Part shown: positions 1 through 9,030 of the stretch, one piece after another
Numbering within the stretch: position 1 is the stretch's first letter
Layout of the letters: each line of letters begins with the position of its first letter
Source: a virus
Taxonomy: Duplodnaviria; Heunggongvirae; Uroviricota; Caudoviricetes
IMG/VR virus record: IMGVR_UViG_3300010049_000009
Location: 128,001 to 192,000 of that record
DNA: 64,000 nt
Reading direction: 5' to 3' (one strand)
Position numbers and translations under genes: made by a program
Notes under the pieces: model-generated
What the model was told of the DNA's origin: nothing
Database searches by the model: none
What the model saw: only the letters and a program-made list of their open reading frames with translations

Positions 1-966
1 AATATCTTTCTTAATAACATTATGAATTTTGGAAATTGATTGTACTGCGATATTACGTTCAACAATTTCTTTTTCTTTTATTGATAGAACTTCATTTTCC
101 TGTAATTCGTTCAAGTCGCGCATCATTGTTTCTAATTTTCTAACAGCAACTGTTCTTGATGAATCCATAATCATTTTTCTGAACATTTTATCTTCGCCTA
201 AATCAGGAAAACCCCATTTTAAAATATCACCTTCATCGGTTTTATAATCAAACCAACCATTTTCATCACCTTTTAGTTGTAATTCCTTGTATTTTATTTT
301 ACCTAAACTTATTGTTGTTGTAAATTCAATATTGTTGTATGGATTTCTTACCACTATTGGGTATTCCGTACCATATGCGGTTGCACGTAAAAACAATAGA
401 ATGGCATCTATATCACCTTGTACTAACTCCTCTACTTTTATTTCGGGGTCAGCAATCACCGATTTCAAGATAGATTCTATTAACATACCTTCCGAATATA
501 AGTTAATTGACATTATAAGGTTTTCTTCCCTAGCAGTAAGAAAATAAATGGGTATTTTTCCTTTCTTATGTGGATAACATTCGCCATTGGATGGTAATGG
601 TATTGTATCATATTTTCGATTTAACCGTGGCTCGGTTGGTGGTGTTACTATCGGGGAAGTGTTAATTTTTGGTATTATGGGTTTTGTCTCTTCTTCCGTT
701 TGTTGAACAGGTACATGTCTTCTTAATGGGTCATCGGTTTCAATAACACTTTTACTTTCTTTTTTATCAGGTAGAACTATTTCTTCTTTTACACCACCCG
801 CCTTTTCGTATTCCGCTTTAACCTCATCTATCAACACGGTAATTTCTTCCATACGTGCTACACTGCGTTCAGGGTGGCGTTCTTTAATGGTTTTCATTTC
901 ATTTGCTGTCTTTTCCAACATTATTTCACTATTCGCCATTAACTTTTTAAAATCATCTTGCTTCAT
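1..966 (-). CDS. T4 gp26-like baseplate hub assembly protein (runs off window start)
   Basis: Not in ORF track; manual translation from ATG at 966 stays open to base 1: MKQDDFKK...YDTIPLPSNGECYPH...LTAREENLI...GDIDAILLFLRATAYGTEYP, motifs typical of gp26-like hub proteins; late motif at 982-989. Confidence 0.7.
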   Translation of the reverse strand, partial: MKQDDFKKLMANSEIMLEKTANEMKTIKERHPERSVARMEEITVLIDEVKAEYEKAGGVKEEIVLPDKKESKSVIETDDPLRRHVPVQQTEEETKPIIPKINTSPIVTPPTEPRLNRKYDTIPLPSNGECYPHKKGKIPIYFLTAREENLIMSINLYSEGMLIESILKSVIADPEIKVEELVQGDIDAILLFLRATAYGTEYPIVVRNPYNNIEFTTTISLGKIKYKELQLKGDENGWFDYKTDEGDILKWGFPDLGEDKMFRKMIMDSSRTVAVRKLETMMRDLNELQENEVLSIKEKEIVERNIAVQSISKIHNVIKKDI

Positions 967-981
967 ATTATCAAATTTTAT

Positions 982-989
982 TATAAATA
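982..989 (-). promoter_or_regulatory. putative late promoter motif TATTTATA
   Basis: Same motif precedes ~15 structural-type genes in the window. Confidence 0.55.
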
Positions 990-1024
990 AAATAAAATTC
1001 AAAATCATTGAATCAAGTTTAATA

Positions 1025-1032
1025 CTATTTAT
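1025..1032 (+). promoter_or_regulatory. putative late promoter motif CTATTTAT
   Basis: About 20 nt upstream of ATG 1054; recurring motif. Confidence 0.6.
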
Positions 1033-1053
1033 ATATAATAAAATTTGTTTTTT

Positions 1054-1761
1054 ATGTCAAAAGTAACAAAAAAAGTAAATAGGAATGAGTATTTAAGACT
1101 GATGAAGGAATCTGTAACAAGAGAAATTAACTCTATGTTAAATGAATCACTTGATCAAGCACTCAATGAAAGATTGGATGATAAGTTAGGTGCATATTGG
1201 CAAAATGTTAAAACAGGTGTCGGTAATGTTGGAAGAACTATAACAGGGCAGAACACTAAAACAATGGTTGATGCTAATCATTATTCACAACAGAAGGATA
1301 AACAACGTGCTGCCAAAAGTAGTAATAAAAAACTTGTAAAAGTACAAAATACGGTAGGTAAGCGTTTTCAAGCACGAATTGCCCCCCTATTAAATCAACA
1401 CGGTATTGATTCTACTAAAATTTTACAAGCAATGAACACTGCTATTCAACAAAATATGCAGACTGTACAAAATGTTGATATGAACGCTTCAAGAAGAGAT
1501 AAAGAAACCGGTCAAGTTCCGGCGGGAAATAATGCCGGTGGAAATCAACCATCGGGTCAAGGTAATGCACAAGGTGCAAATACCCAACAAAATCAACAAG
1601 GGGGTACAAATCCCGCTGTTACACAGGGTCAACAAAATACAGGTGGAAACCCACCACAAGATGCTAATGCACAAGGTGGAGTTCAACCGGCAGCACCTGC
1701 TGCGCCGGCGACAACACCTGCGCCTGAGGGACAAAACAATCAGAAACCCCCTCAACAATAA
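1054..1761 (+). CDS. hypothetical protein, candidate internal head protein with Q/N/G/P low-complexity tail
   Basis: ORF; late motif; repeated L/I-x-E sites (MLNES, ALNER) near N terminus. Confidence 0.6.
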   Translation: MSKVTKKVNRNEYLRLMKESVTREINSMLNESLDQALNERLDDKLGAYWQNVKTGVGNVGRTITGQNTKTMVDANHYSQQKDKQRAAKSSNKKLVKVQNTVGKRFQARIAPLLNQHGIDSTKILQAMNTAIQQNMQTVQNVDMNASRRDKETGQVPAGNNAGGNQPSGQGNAQGANTQQNQQGGTNPAVTQGQQNTGGNPPQDANAQGGVQPAAPAAPATTPAPEGQNNQKPPQQ

Positions 1762-1769
1762 TTTAGGTT

Positions 1770-2490
1770 AAAAAAAGTATTACCGCTTGTACCTGGTCCA
1801 GCGTTGTACAAACCTAATTCGTGCATCCACGAAAAGTAAAAACTTGTTAAACACCTTTTTGGTAATGTGACGACATTTAGTTAGACCTACTTTGTCGGTA
1901 TAACTCTTTCTCTCACTTGAACACTTCCGAGTGTGGTTATTTCTAACGACTTATTTCTTGAAAGAGTAGTTTGGTTGCCCACTTTCTCTCTCGAATACTT
2001 TTCACACTTCTCGTACCTTGTCAGATAGTTTCCCCTATCCTTTTTCTATCCACATCGGTTATCCCATATCAACAAGGTGATCCACGTATTACCATACGTC
2101 AGTTTTCTAAACTGTTTGGAACGATTTCAAGCCCATTTCTATTTCAATTATTTCTATCACGAGTAGAAATAAGAATTAAACCTCGTGTGTGTCATAATAC
2201 GTTTATACCACCAACATATCCGAGCCAGGTAATATATTTCAAGCAATACAAACATATAACTTCACATAATTGAATTTATCTTTTACTCCATAGATACAGA
2301 ACATTGTTTTGTGTCAAAGGGTTGTTTTAGGCAACCAGCCTCTCCCGCTCAAAGTGTAAATACGTAAACTACTTCGTAAAGGGTTTTAACCCTCACTCCT
2401 GTTTTTATTGAACACACAAAATTAAATTTCTACAATTGTTCAGTCTTTAAACCTTCTTTTATTCACCATACTTGGTAACTTAAAACCCAA
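1770..2490 (-). ncRNA. candidate large structured ncRNA (GOLLD/ROOL-like class)
   Basis: ~700 nt without a credible ORF, less AT-rich than flanks, about ten short hairpins, GNRA-type loops read on the minus strand, U-tract at the 3' end; boundaries approximate. Confidence 0.55.
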
Positions 2491-2499
2491 ACATAGAAA

Positions 2500-2870
2500 A
2501 TAAAACTTTTATAGAAAAACTTTTTATATATTTTTGGAAAATAAACCCAACTTTTTCAAAGAACGTTTTGAAAAACATATTTTTCTGCTAGCTCGAATAA
2601 TATGTTTTCAAGATAAAGTTACAGATAAAATTTTATTCTACCAAATAATTTTCAAAAAAAAAATCATTTTTATCGTTTTCCTCGCGCATACGCGCACGCG
2701 TTCAAATATTAGTTCATCATGATGGACCATCTTAGTATACTTAAAAATAACTAGAAATTAAATATAAAATATAAAAAGAAATAAAGGTTAACTAGTTAGT
2801 TAGATTCAGAATAATATTCTAAAGAGAAAAAATTTTTGAAAAAAACTTTGAAAACTTTGAATTTCTATTA
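2500..2870. other. AT-rich non-coding region, possible replication origin/regulatory region
   Basis: Repeated TTTGAAAA/TTTTCAAA words, isolated CGCGCATACGCGCACGCG (2683-2700), palindrome CATCATGATG (2715-2724). Confidence 0.3.
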
Positions 2871-2877
2871 TCTTTAA

Positions 2878-5136
2878 GTGAAAACAAATAAGAGAAGAAT
2901 GAATCAGGAAAATTTCAGTGTAGAATTAAAAAATCTTATAGATTTTATGACAAATACCCTTGTAAGGGATTATCCAACGTATAGAATTGGGCAATATCAT
3001 TTATTGTACAGTTTACTTGAAAATCAAAAAACACTTTTTACCAAAATTGTTTCAGAAATTGTTACGGATTTTACATTGGAAAAATTACTGAACAACACTC
3101 AACTTCAACTTGAAAAAGTTTCATTAGCGATAATAAATCCTAAAAAGAAAATAGTTTTTGAAAAAGAGGTTGAAGAAATTTTTGACTTATCCGATAAAGA
3201 AAGAGTGTTGGTAGAAGAAAAGGAAATCACCACCTACCATTTACTTATATCAATTTTAAAATCAAATTATAATATTTCTCAATTATTGAAGAAAGCGGGT
3301 GTGAGTTGCGAAAACGTTAAATCCAAAAAAGAAATTATTGACGAAGAAGAAATTATTATCCCAACAAGGTTTCCAAAACAAGGGCAAGGTTTATCTGTTC
3401 TACCCAACGGTGTGTTAATACCAACAACAAAGGGCAATAATAACGCAAAGGGTCTTAGAACGCAAAGTATTAAACAATTTACGACCAATCTGAATTTGGA
3501 ATGTGAACACGGAGTATTTGAAAATAAAATTTTAGGTAGAGATAGCGAAGTTGAACAACTAATCAAAACCATATTGAAAAAAGAAAAAAATAATGTTATT
3601 CTGACAGGGGATAGTGGATGTGGAATAACTTCTATTGTTAATCATTTTGTTTCAAAAATAGTTCAAGGTACTGTGCCCTATCAATTAGTCAACAGAATGG
3701 TATTACAAATAAACATTCAAAGTATGCTTGTTGGAATGGTATATAAGGGAATATTTGAACAACGCACTAGTGATTTAATAAAGGAAATAAAAAGCAACAC
3801 AAATAAATACATTTTGTTCATTGACGATATTAACACGGTTATTCAATCTGATGCAAATAACGAAGTGATTAATTTTATTACCACAATTCTTCAAGACGAC
3901 AGATTAAGAGTAATAGCAACATGTTCTAATCAGTCATACAAAAGTACAGTTGGAAAATTTGCTCATTTAGACAAACGCTTTAACCGAATCAACATAGAAA
4001 AATTAAGTGTTGACGACACTTTTACCGCCTTACTCGAAAATAAAATTGTCTATGAGTGTCATCACAACGTTTATTTTACTCCTAAAATAGTTGCGCAGTG
4101 CGTCTTTCTTTGTAATAGGTATATAACTTCAAAAGTTTTACCTAGTTCCGCAATCGAAATACTTGATATTTTAGGTGCAAATACACAAATTAACAAACAA
4201 GATAAAAGATTAGAAGATTTAGTTGCTCAAAAACAACAATTATTTATCCAAATGTATGAACATCGTGTTCAAGAAAGATTTAAAGAAATGGATGCGATTG
4301 ATGCCAAGTACAACAAACTTCATCAAGAGATAAATGAAATACAAAAAGAACCGGGTGTGATTATTAACATAACCGAAGAAGATTTATTGAAAGTTATTAG
4401 TGAAGTATCCAAAGTACCAATCACAAACATTTCGGTAAATGAAATGAATACGATAAAGGAACTCCCCAACGAACTCAAAAAAGAAATTATCAATCAAGAT
4501 GATGCTGTAAATAGTATTTGTAAATCAATTCAAAAGAGAAAAATAAATATCCGAAACACCAAAAAACCAAACGTTTTTCTATTTGTTGGTCCTAGTGGCG
4601 TAGGAAAAACATTCCTGTCGGAACTTATTGCAAAACATGTTTTTGGTAGCGAAAAAAATATTATCAAACTGAACGGTAGCGAATATTCGGAAGACCACAG
4701 CGTATCAAAAATTCTTGGTGCACCCGCCGGATATATTGGATACAACAACAATGCTTCATTGTCAGAAATCAAAACCAAACCCTTCTCTATTTTACTTTTA
4801 GACGAATTTGAAAAAATGAGTGATAAGGTTATAAACGTTTTTCTTCAAATTTTTGATAAAGGCGAACTACGTGAAAGCGATGGTACTATTTTAGATTTTT
4901 CTAATTCAATCATTATTCTGACAAGTAATTTGGGTAGTCGAAACGCCGAGTCATACAACAAGGTTGGATTTAATACACAAACCAACATTGATAGAGATAA
5001 ACAAGATATTATTGATAAAGAGATAAAAAAGAAGTTATCACCCGAAATACGCAATCGAATAGACGAAATAATACATTTCAACCACCTACAAGAAACCGAC
5101 CTCAAAAATATTATCAATCTTCAATTACAAAATTGA
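2878..5136 (+). CDS. ClpC/ClpA-like Hsp100 AAA+ chaperone, main part (frameshifted near C terminus)
   Basis: Clp N-domain-like repeats (HLLYSLL, HLLISIL), GRDSEV, D2 Walker A GPSGVGKT, GAPAGYIGY, LLDEFEK, IILTSNLG, PEIRNRIDEII; start may be ATG 2899. Confidence 0.85.
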   Translation: MKTNKRRMNQENFSVELKNLIDFMTNTLVRDYPTYRIGQYHLLYSLLENQKTLFTKIVSEIVTDFTLEKLLNNTQLQLEKVSLAIINPKKKIVFEKEVEEIFDLSDKERVLVEEKEITTYHLLISILKSNYNISQLLKKAGVSCENVKSKKEIIDEEEIIIPTRFPKQGQGLSVLPNGVLIPTTKGNNNAKGLRTQSIKQFTTNLNLECEHGVFENKILGRDSEVEQLIKTILKKEKNNVILTGDSGCGITSIVNHFVSKIVQGTVPYQLVNRMVLQINIQSMLVGMVYKGIFEQRTSDLIKEIKSNTNKYILFIDDINTVIQSDANNEVINFITTILQDDRLRVIATCSNQSYKSTVGKFAHLDKRFNRINIEKLSVDDTFTALLENKIVYECHHNVYFTPKIVAQCVFLCNRYITSKVLPSSAIEILDILGANTQINKQDKRLEDLVAQKQQLFIQMYEHRVQERFKEMDAIDAKYNKLHQEINEIQKEPGVIINITEEDLLKVISEVSKVPITNISVNEMNTIKELPNELKKEIINQDDAVNSICKSIQKRKINIRNTKKPNVFLFVGPSGVGKTFLSELIAKHVFGSEKNIIKLNGSEYSEDHSVSKILGAPAGYIGYNNNASLSEIKTKPFSILLLDEFEKMSDKVINVFLQIFDKGELRESDGTILDFSNSIIILTSNLGSRNAESYNKVGFNTQTNIDRDKQDIIDKEIKKKLSPEIRNRIDEIIHFNHLQETDLKNIINLQLQN

Positions 5137-5390
5137 CCGAAGAAATGAGAATAGGAAAATATGCCTGTGAACTTAAATGGGCAAGCGGAATCACTGATTT
5201 TCTATACAACAAATTGTCGGATGAGGATAAAAAATTGGGTGCACGTTCAATAAACAGAATAGTATCTTCTAACATTGAAAATAAGATTATTGATTTTATT
5301 TTGGAAGAACAGGTAATAACGAATAATTTGATTGTTTCGGTTTTTAATGGTAATATTGAAATAATCAAAGAAGAAAGTTCAAATGAATAA
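5133..5390 (+). CDS. C-terminal D2-small domain of the ClpC-like protein (shifted frame)
   Basis: LGARSINRIVSSNIENKI matches the Clp GARPLRR motif; continues the upstream ORF in the -1 frame. Confidence 0.75.
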   Translation: MTEEMRIGKYACELKWASGITDFLYNKLSDEDKKLGARSINRIVSSNIENKIIDFILEEQVITNNLIVSVFNGNIEIIKEESSNE

Positions 5391-5751
5391 GAAAAATCCT
5401 GCAATAATAAGTTATCACAAAGTCGAAGAAATTCCGAATGAAAGACTTCGGGAATGGACTTCAAGGTATTTACAAGGTGATTTTGTTGAAGTTGAAATGG
5501 ATCACCTTTTGTTATCAAACAACAAAATGCACCAAAAAATTTTATTTGCTACGGTAGGTGGTCTGACACTTGATATTATCAATATCGGTGAAGACCCTAA
5601 TCGGAATTATTATGAAGCACAAAACCATCCAGGTGGTTGGCGACATAAAGATTTTTATATAATAAGGTGGATAAGGGATGTTAAGGATTATAATTTTAGA
5701 AATAACTTATTGTGGATTCCACTTGACGTTTTTAAGAGATTGATTAAATGA
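5383..5751 (+). CDS. hypothetical protein
   Basis: ORF overlapping neighbours in operon. Confidence 0.65.
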   Translation: MNKKNPAIISYHKVEEIPNERLREWTSRYLQGDFVEVEMDHLLLSNNKMHQKILFATVGGLTLDIINIGEDPNRNYYEAQNHPGGWRHKDFYIIRWIRDVKDYNFRNNLLWIPLDVFKRLIK

Positions 5752-6539
5752 CCAAAACAAAGAGTATTTTTCGTTATCCTGGGGGTAAATCAAAAGTAAT
5801 TAATTTAATATCAGGGTATTATAATAATTTTGATACAATCATAAGTCCATTTCTTGGGGGTGGTTCGGTGGAGTTATATCTCGCCGACTTGGGTAAAAGA
5901 GTTATAAGCAGCGATATTGATAAACAACTCATAAATTGTTGGCAAACCCTATGTAATCACAGAGAAGAAATGTACGACTATGCGTCAGAATATTATCATA
6001 CCCTTCATTCTGATATCCCAAAAGAAGAAAAAAGAGATTTGTTTTATGAAGCAAAAGAGGGTGCGGCGGAATTTTTAGACATTAAAGGTGCAGCACAATA
6101 TTGGATAACCAATAGGGTTTCGTTTAGTGGATTGGGTCTATTAGGTGGTTTTTCAGAATGGTCAATAAAAGCAGAGTTAGGACCACTTATTATGAAAAGA
6201 CTTAAAGAATGGGTTAAACCGGAAGGTTTTGAAGTACCTGTTTGTTTAACCTTTGAAGAATTGTTGGAAAAATATTCTGATTATCCTGTGTTTCTTGACC
6301 CACCATATCTTTTGAAAAAAGGTTGGTTGTATCCCAATCATAAATTTTTCGACCATGAAAAACTTGCGGAAGTTCTTAAAAAAAGAAACACACCGTTTAT
6401 GATGACTTATAACGATTGTTCCGAAATAAGAGAACTATATTCTCACCCCGATATAACAATAGAAGATAGAAGTTGGTATTATGCAATGAGCAACAAACGT
6501 AAGGGGAATGAATTGTTTATTTCTCGTGGAATACTATGA
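5748..6539 (+). CDS. D12-class (Dam-like) DNA adenine methyltransferase
   Basis: FRYPGGKS, SPFLGGGSV, NRVSFSG, FLDPPY, MMTYND. Confidence 0.9.
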   Translation: MTKTKSIFRYPGGKSKVINLISGYYNNFDTIISPFLGGGSVELYLADLGKRVISSDIDKQLINCWQTLCNHREEMYDYASEYYHTLHSDIPKEEKRDLFYEAKEGAAEFLDIKGAAQYWITNRVSFSGLGLLGGFSEWSIKAELGPLIMKRLKEWVKPEGFEVPVCLTFEELLEKYSDYPVFLDPPYLLKKGWLYPNHKFFDHEKLAEVLKKRNTPFMMTYNDCSEIRELYSHPDITIEDRSWYYAMSNKRKGNELFISRGIL

Positions 6540-6610
6540 CGAAATTTTATTTAGATTGAAAAAAAATGTAATTTTACTGTAATAACGATAAAATAATTAA
6601 TTATATAGAA

Positions 6611-7072
6611 ATGGCAAATAATAATTTTAACAAAAAGTTCACGCACGACACGTCATTAGACGTTTTTCCTACGTCGAAAGAACTTGCAATGGAAGCAACA
6701 AAATTGGGTATTTCCCCAATGGAATTTGTAAAACGGTATCAGAAAAACATGTTCTCTGCCCAAAGGTGGAACACGGCGCAATCATTCATAGCAACAGTAG
6801 TGGATGTCAGAGTACAAGAAATTGATGGTGGTCTTAAACAAGGATACTTGGAATATGTAGTAAATGCCGGAAAAGAAAATGAAAGTAAGGGTGATTTATT
6901 GGTCGGTATTTTAGATCCGGTTGATAAAACAAAACCCGTAAACGCTCTATGTCGTAAAATTAAGGAAATAAAAGGCAACCGAGCGGTGATTTATAAAGGT
7001 TATCACATAAAAGGGGATGCTGAATTTGCAATTCTTCTTGATGTTGATAGTTTAGTAGTAGAAACTAATTAA
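6611..7072 (+). CDS. hypothetical protein
   Basis: 153-aa ORF with A-rich leader. Confidence 0.7.
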   Translation: MANNNFNKKFTHDTSLDVFPTSKELAMEATKLGISPMEFVKRYQKNMFSAQRWNTAQSFIATVVDVRVQEIDGGLKQGYLEYVVNAGKENESKGDLLVGILDPVDKTKPVNALCRKIKEIKGNRAVIYKGYHIKGDAEFAILLDVDSLVVETN

Positions 7073-7082
7073 AAATTAAACA

Positions 7083-8216
7083 ATGGCTAAAGTTCCTATA
7101 AAGAAGAAAGCGGCTGAAAGTTTTCAAACTCAAACCTCGAATAGTGATTTGGAATTACTTAGAAAGTTTAAACAAGATGTTGGGTTAGACGTAGTCGCTA
7201 AAAAAGATCAAAAATGGTTGATATTACCAAAAGCATTTGAGGATGCCACACAATGTGTCGGCATACCCCTAAATACCGTTTCCTGTGTCAAAGGACACAC
7301 CAATAGCGGTAAATCTACAATAATGCTTGAAGTTATAAAAGCGTGTCAAAAACAAGGTATAACACCGGTTATTTTCGATTTGGAAAATGCTATAAAATGG
7401 GATCACGCCCATGAAGTTGGTATCAAATTGGATGAAATAGTAAATGAAGAAACAGGTGAAATAACTTATGCACCGGGTGTGGATATTATGTATTTTACTA
7501 CAAGTTATCTTTATAAAAAGTATGGTACTTACGACCACGCAAATAGCAAATATCTTCCTAAACCCGCACGTGAAACCTACGTGATTGAAGATGTCGCATT
7601 ATGTATTCGGGAATTAATACGAAAACAAAAAGACGGTATTTTACCACCCAATATGTTATTTGCCATAGACTCAATCGGTTGTAGTGAGTGCTACAAGGGT
7701 GCTCTCAGCAATAGTTCCAACAATATGTGGTTTGCGGGTGCGTTGAGTGTAGCGTTCCAATCAATATTGAACGATTTAATTCCTTCGACAATGGATGCTG
7801 ATTCCAAATTTAACAACACATTCTTCTATGTTAATAAAATTTGGACAAGTACTTCCCCAATGGGTCTTCCTGTTGCCAAAGAAAAGGGTGGTATGTCATT
7901 TACTTATGCAACTCGTTTTAGTATATTTCTTGGAAATCAGGGGTCGTCAGGTATTAAACAACAATCGTTTACATACAAAGGCGAAAACTACGCATTTGGT
8001 AATATTGTTAAAATCAAAATTGATAAAAACCATATAACCAATGTCGAAAGAAACGGTGAAATTGTAACCACGAAAGACGGATTATGTTCCGCAAACGAGT
8101 TGGAAGAATACAAAAAAGAATATCGCAAATTCTTAATTGAAGAAATAGAAGAAAAAACCGGTAAAAAGGTTTCTGAAAAAGATTTTGTTGAAACAGAGAC
8201 TCTAATTGATGATTAA
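7083..8216 (+). CDS. RecA/UvsX-like recombinase
   Basis: Walker A GHTNSGKST, IFDLEN, Walker B AIDSIG, KGG..F.Y, KIDKNH. Confidence 0.85.
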   Translation: MAKVPIKKKAAESFQTQTSNSDLELLRKFKQDVGLDVVAKKDQKWLILPKAFEDATQCVGIPLNTVSCVKGHTNSGKSTIMLEVIKACQKQGITPVIFDLENAIKWDHAHEVGIKLDEIVNEETGEITYAPGVDIMYFTTSYLYKKYGTYDHANSKYLPKPARETYVIEDVALCIRELIRKQKDGILPPNMLFAIDSIGCSECYKGALSNSSNNMWFAGALSVAFQSILNDLIPSTMDADSKFNNTFFYVNKIWTSTSPMGLPVAKEKGGMSFTYATRFSIFLGNQGSSGIKQQSFTYKGENYAFGNIVKIKIDKNHITNVERNGEIVTTKDGLCSANELEEYKKEYRKFLIEEIEEKTGKKVSEKDFVETETLIDD

Positions 8217-8241
8217 ATTAATCATTAAAATTATATTTTTT

Positions 8242-8278
8242 AATCCCATTAAGACTTGAAAACTTAATGGGATTTTTT
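8242..8278 (+). terminator. intrinsic terminator
   Basis: AATCCCATTAAG-9nt-CTTAATGGGATT followed by T run. Confidence 0.8.
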
Positions 8279-8308
8279 ATGTTATTATAATAATAAACAT
8301 AAAATATA

Positions 8309-8791
8309 ATGAAAGTAGGAGAAGCAATTAGTTTTTTGGAAAAATATCCAAAGGACAGTGAAATGGTATTAAGGAACGGATATTTTACCTTCCGCCATTT
8401 TACATTAGAAAATGAGAAACATATTGAGAACAACGGCGGTATGTTGGTAATGTCATTAATTAAAGGTGAGTTGGGTTATGAATTAACCGAAGAAATGAAA
8501 AGCGATTTAGAAAGATTTAGATTTCTACTTGATTGCAAACAAACAACAAAAACCAGACCGGAATTACTTAAAGAGTTTATAGAAACGTATAGTGAAGAAA
8601 AAGAATATGACGATGTTCTACAAAAATCGGAGTCAAAATTTGCCACTTATGAATTTATCAAAAACTATATCAACAAAGAAGACCCCGATAAAAATAGAAT
8701 CATAGAAGAAGCAATTGAACATTTTCGCAACAATGATATGGAAGAACATAAAGGTTGGGGATTTTTGATTGATTTATATAAAAACAAATAA
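8309..8791 (+). CDS. hypothetical protein
   Basis: ORF in plus-strand run. Confidence 0.7.
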   Translation: MKVGEAISFLEKYPKDSEMVLRNGYFTFRHFTLENEKHIENNGGMLVMSLIKGELGYELTEEMKSDLERFRFLLDCKQTTKTRPELLKEFIETYSEEKEYDDVLQKSESKFATYEFIKNYINKEDPDKNRIIEEAIEHFRNNDMEEHKGWGFLIDLYKNK

Positions 8792-8802
8792 ATATCAAAA
8801 CA

Positions 8803-9030
8803 ATGACAAAGAATAAAAAAGATTTAACATACCTTTCTTTGGAAGAACTCCACATATACAAACAAAATGCGTTTCAAACGCTCGCTAAATTAGAAAGGTT
8901 ATTAGGGAACGTTACACAAGCAGCAAGTAATAATACATACGAATATAAAGATTATATGTATTTCGGCGGTCTATACAGACAATTAGAAGAAGAAATGAAC
9001 GACCGAATTGTAAAACTATTTGAAGAATGA
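8803..9030 (+). CDS. hypothetical protein
   Basis: ORF with ATGA overlap to next gene. Confidence 0.65.
   Translation: MTKNKKDLTYLSLEELHIYKQNAFQTLAKLERLLGNVTQAASNNTYEYKDYMYFGGLYRQLEEEMNDRIVKLFEE

Noticed and set aside
29-547. Two short plus-strand ORFs
   Set aside because: Antisense shadows of the real minus-strand hub gene (1-966)
1971-2273. 100-aa plus-strand ORF
   Set aside because: TTG start, atypical composition, lies antisense to a hairpin-dense region better explained as RNA
2534-2722. 62-aa ORF
   Set aside because: Low-complexity translation of AT-rich DNA with a TTG start
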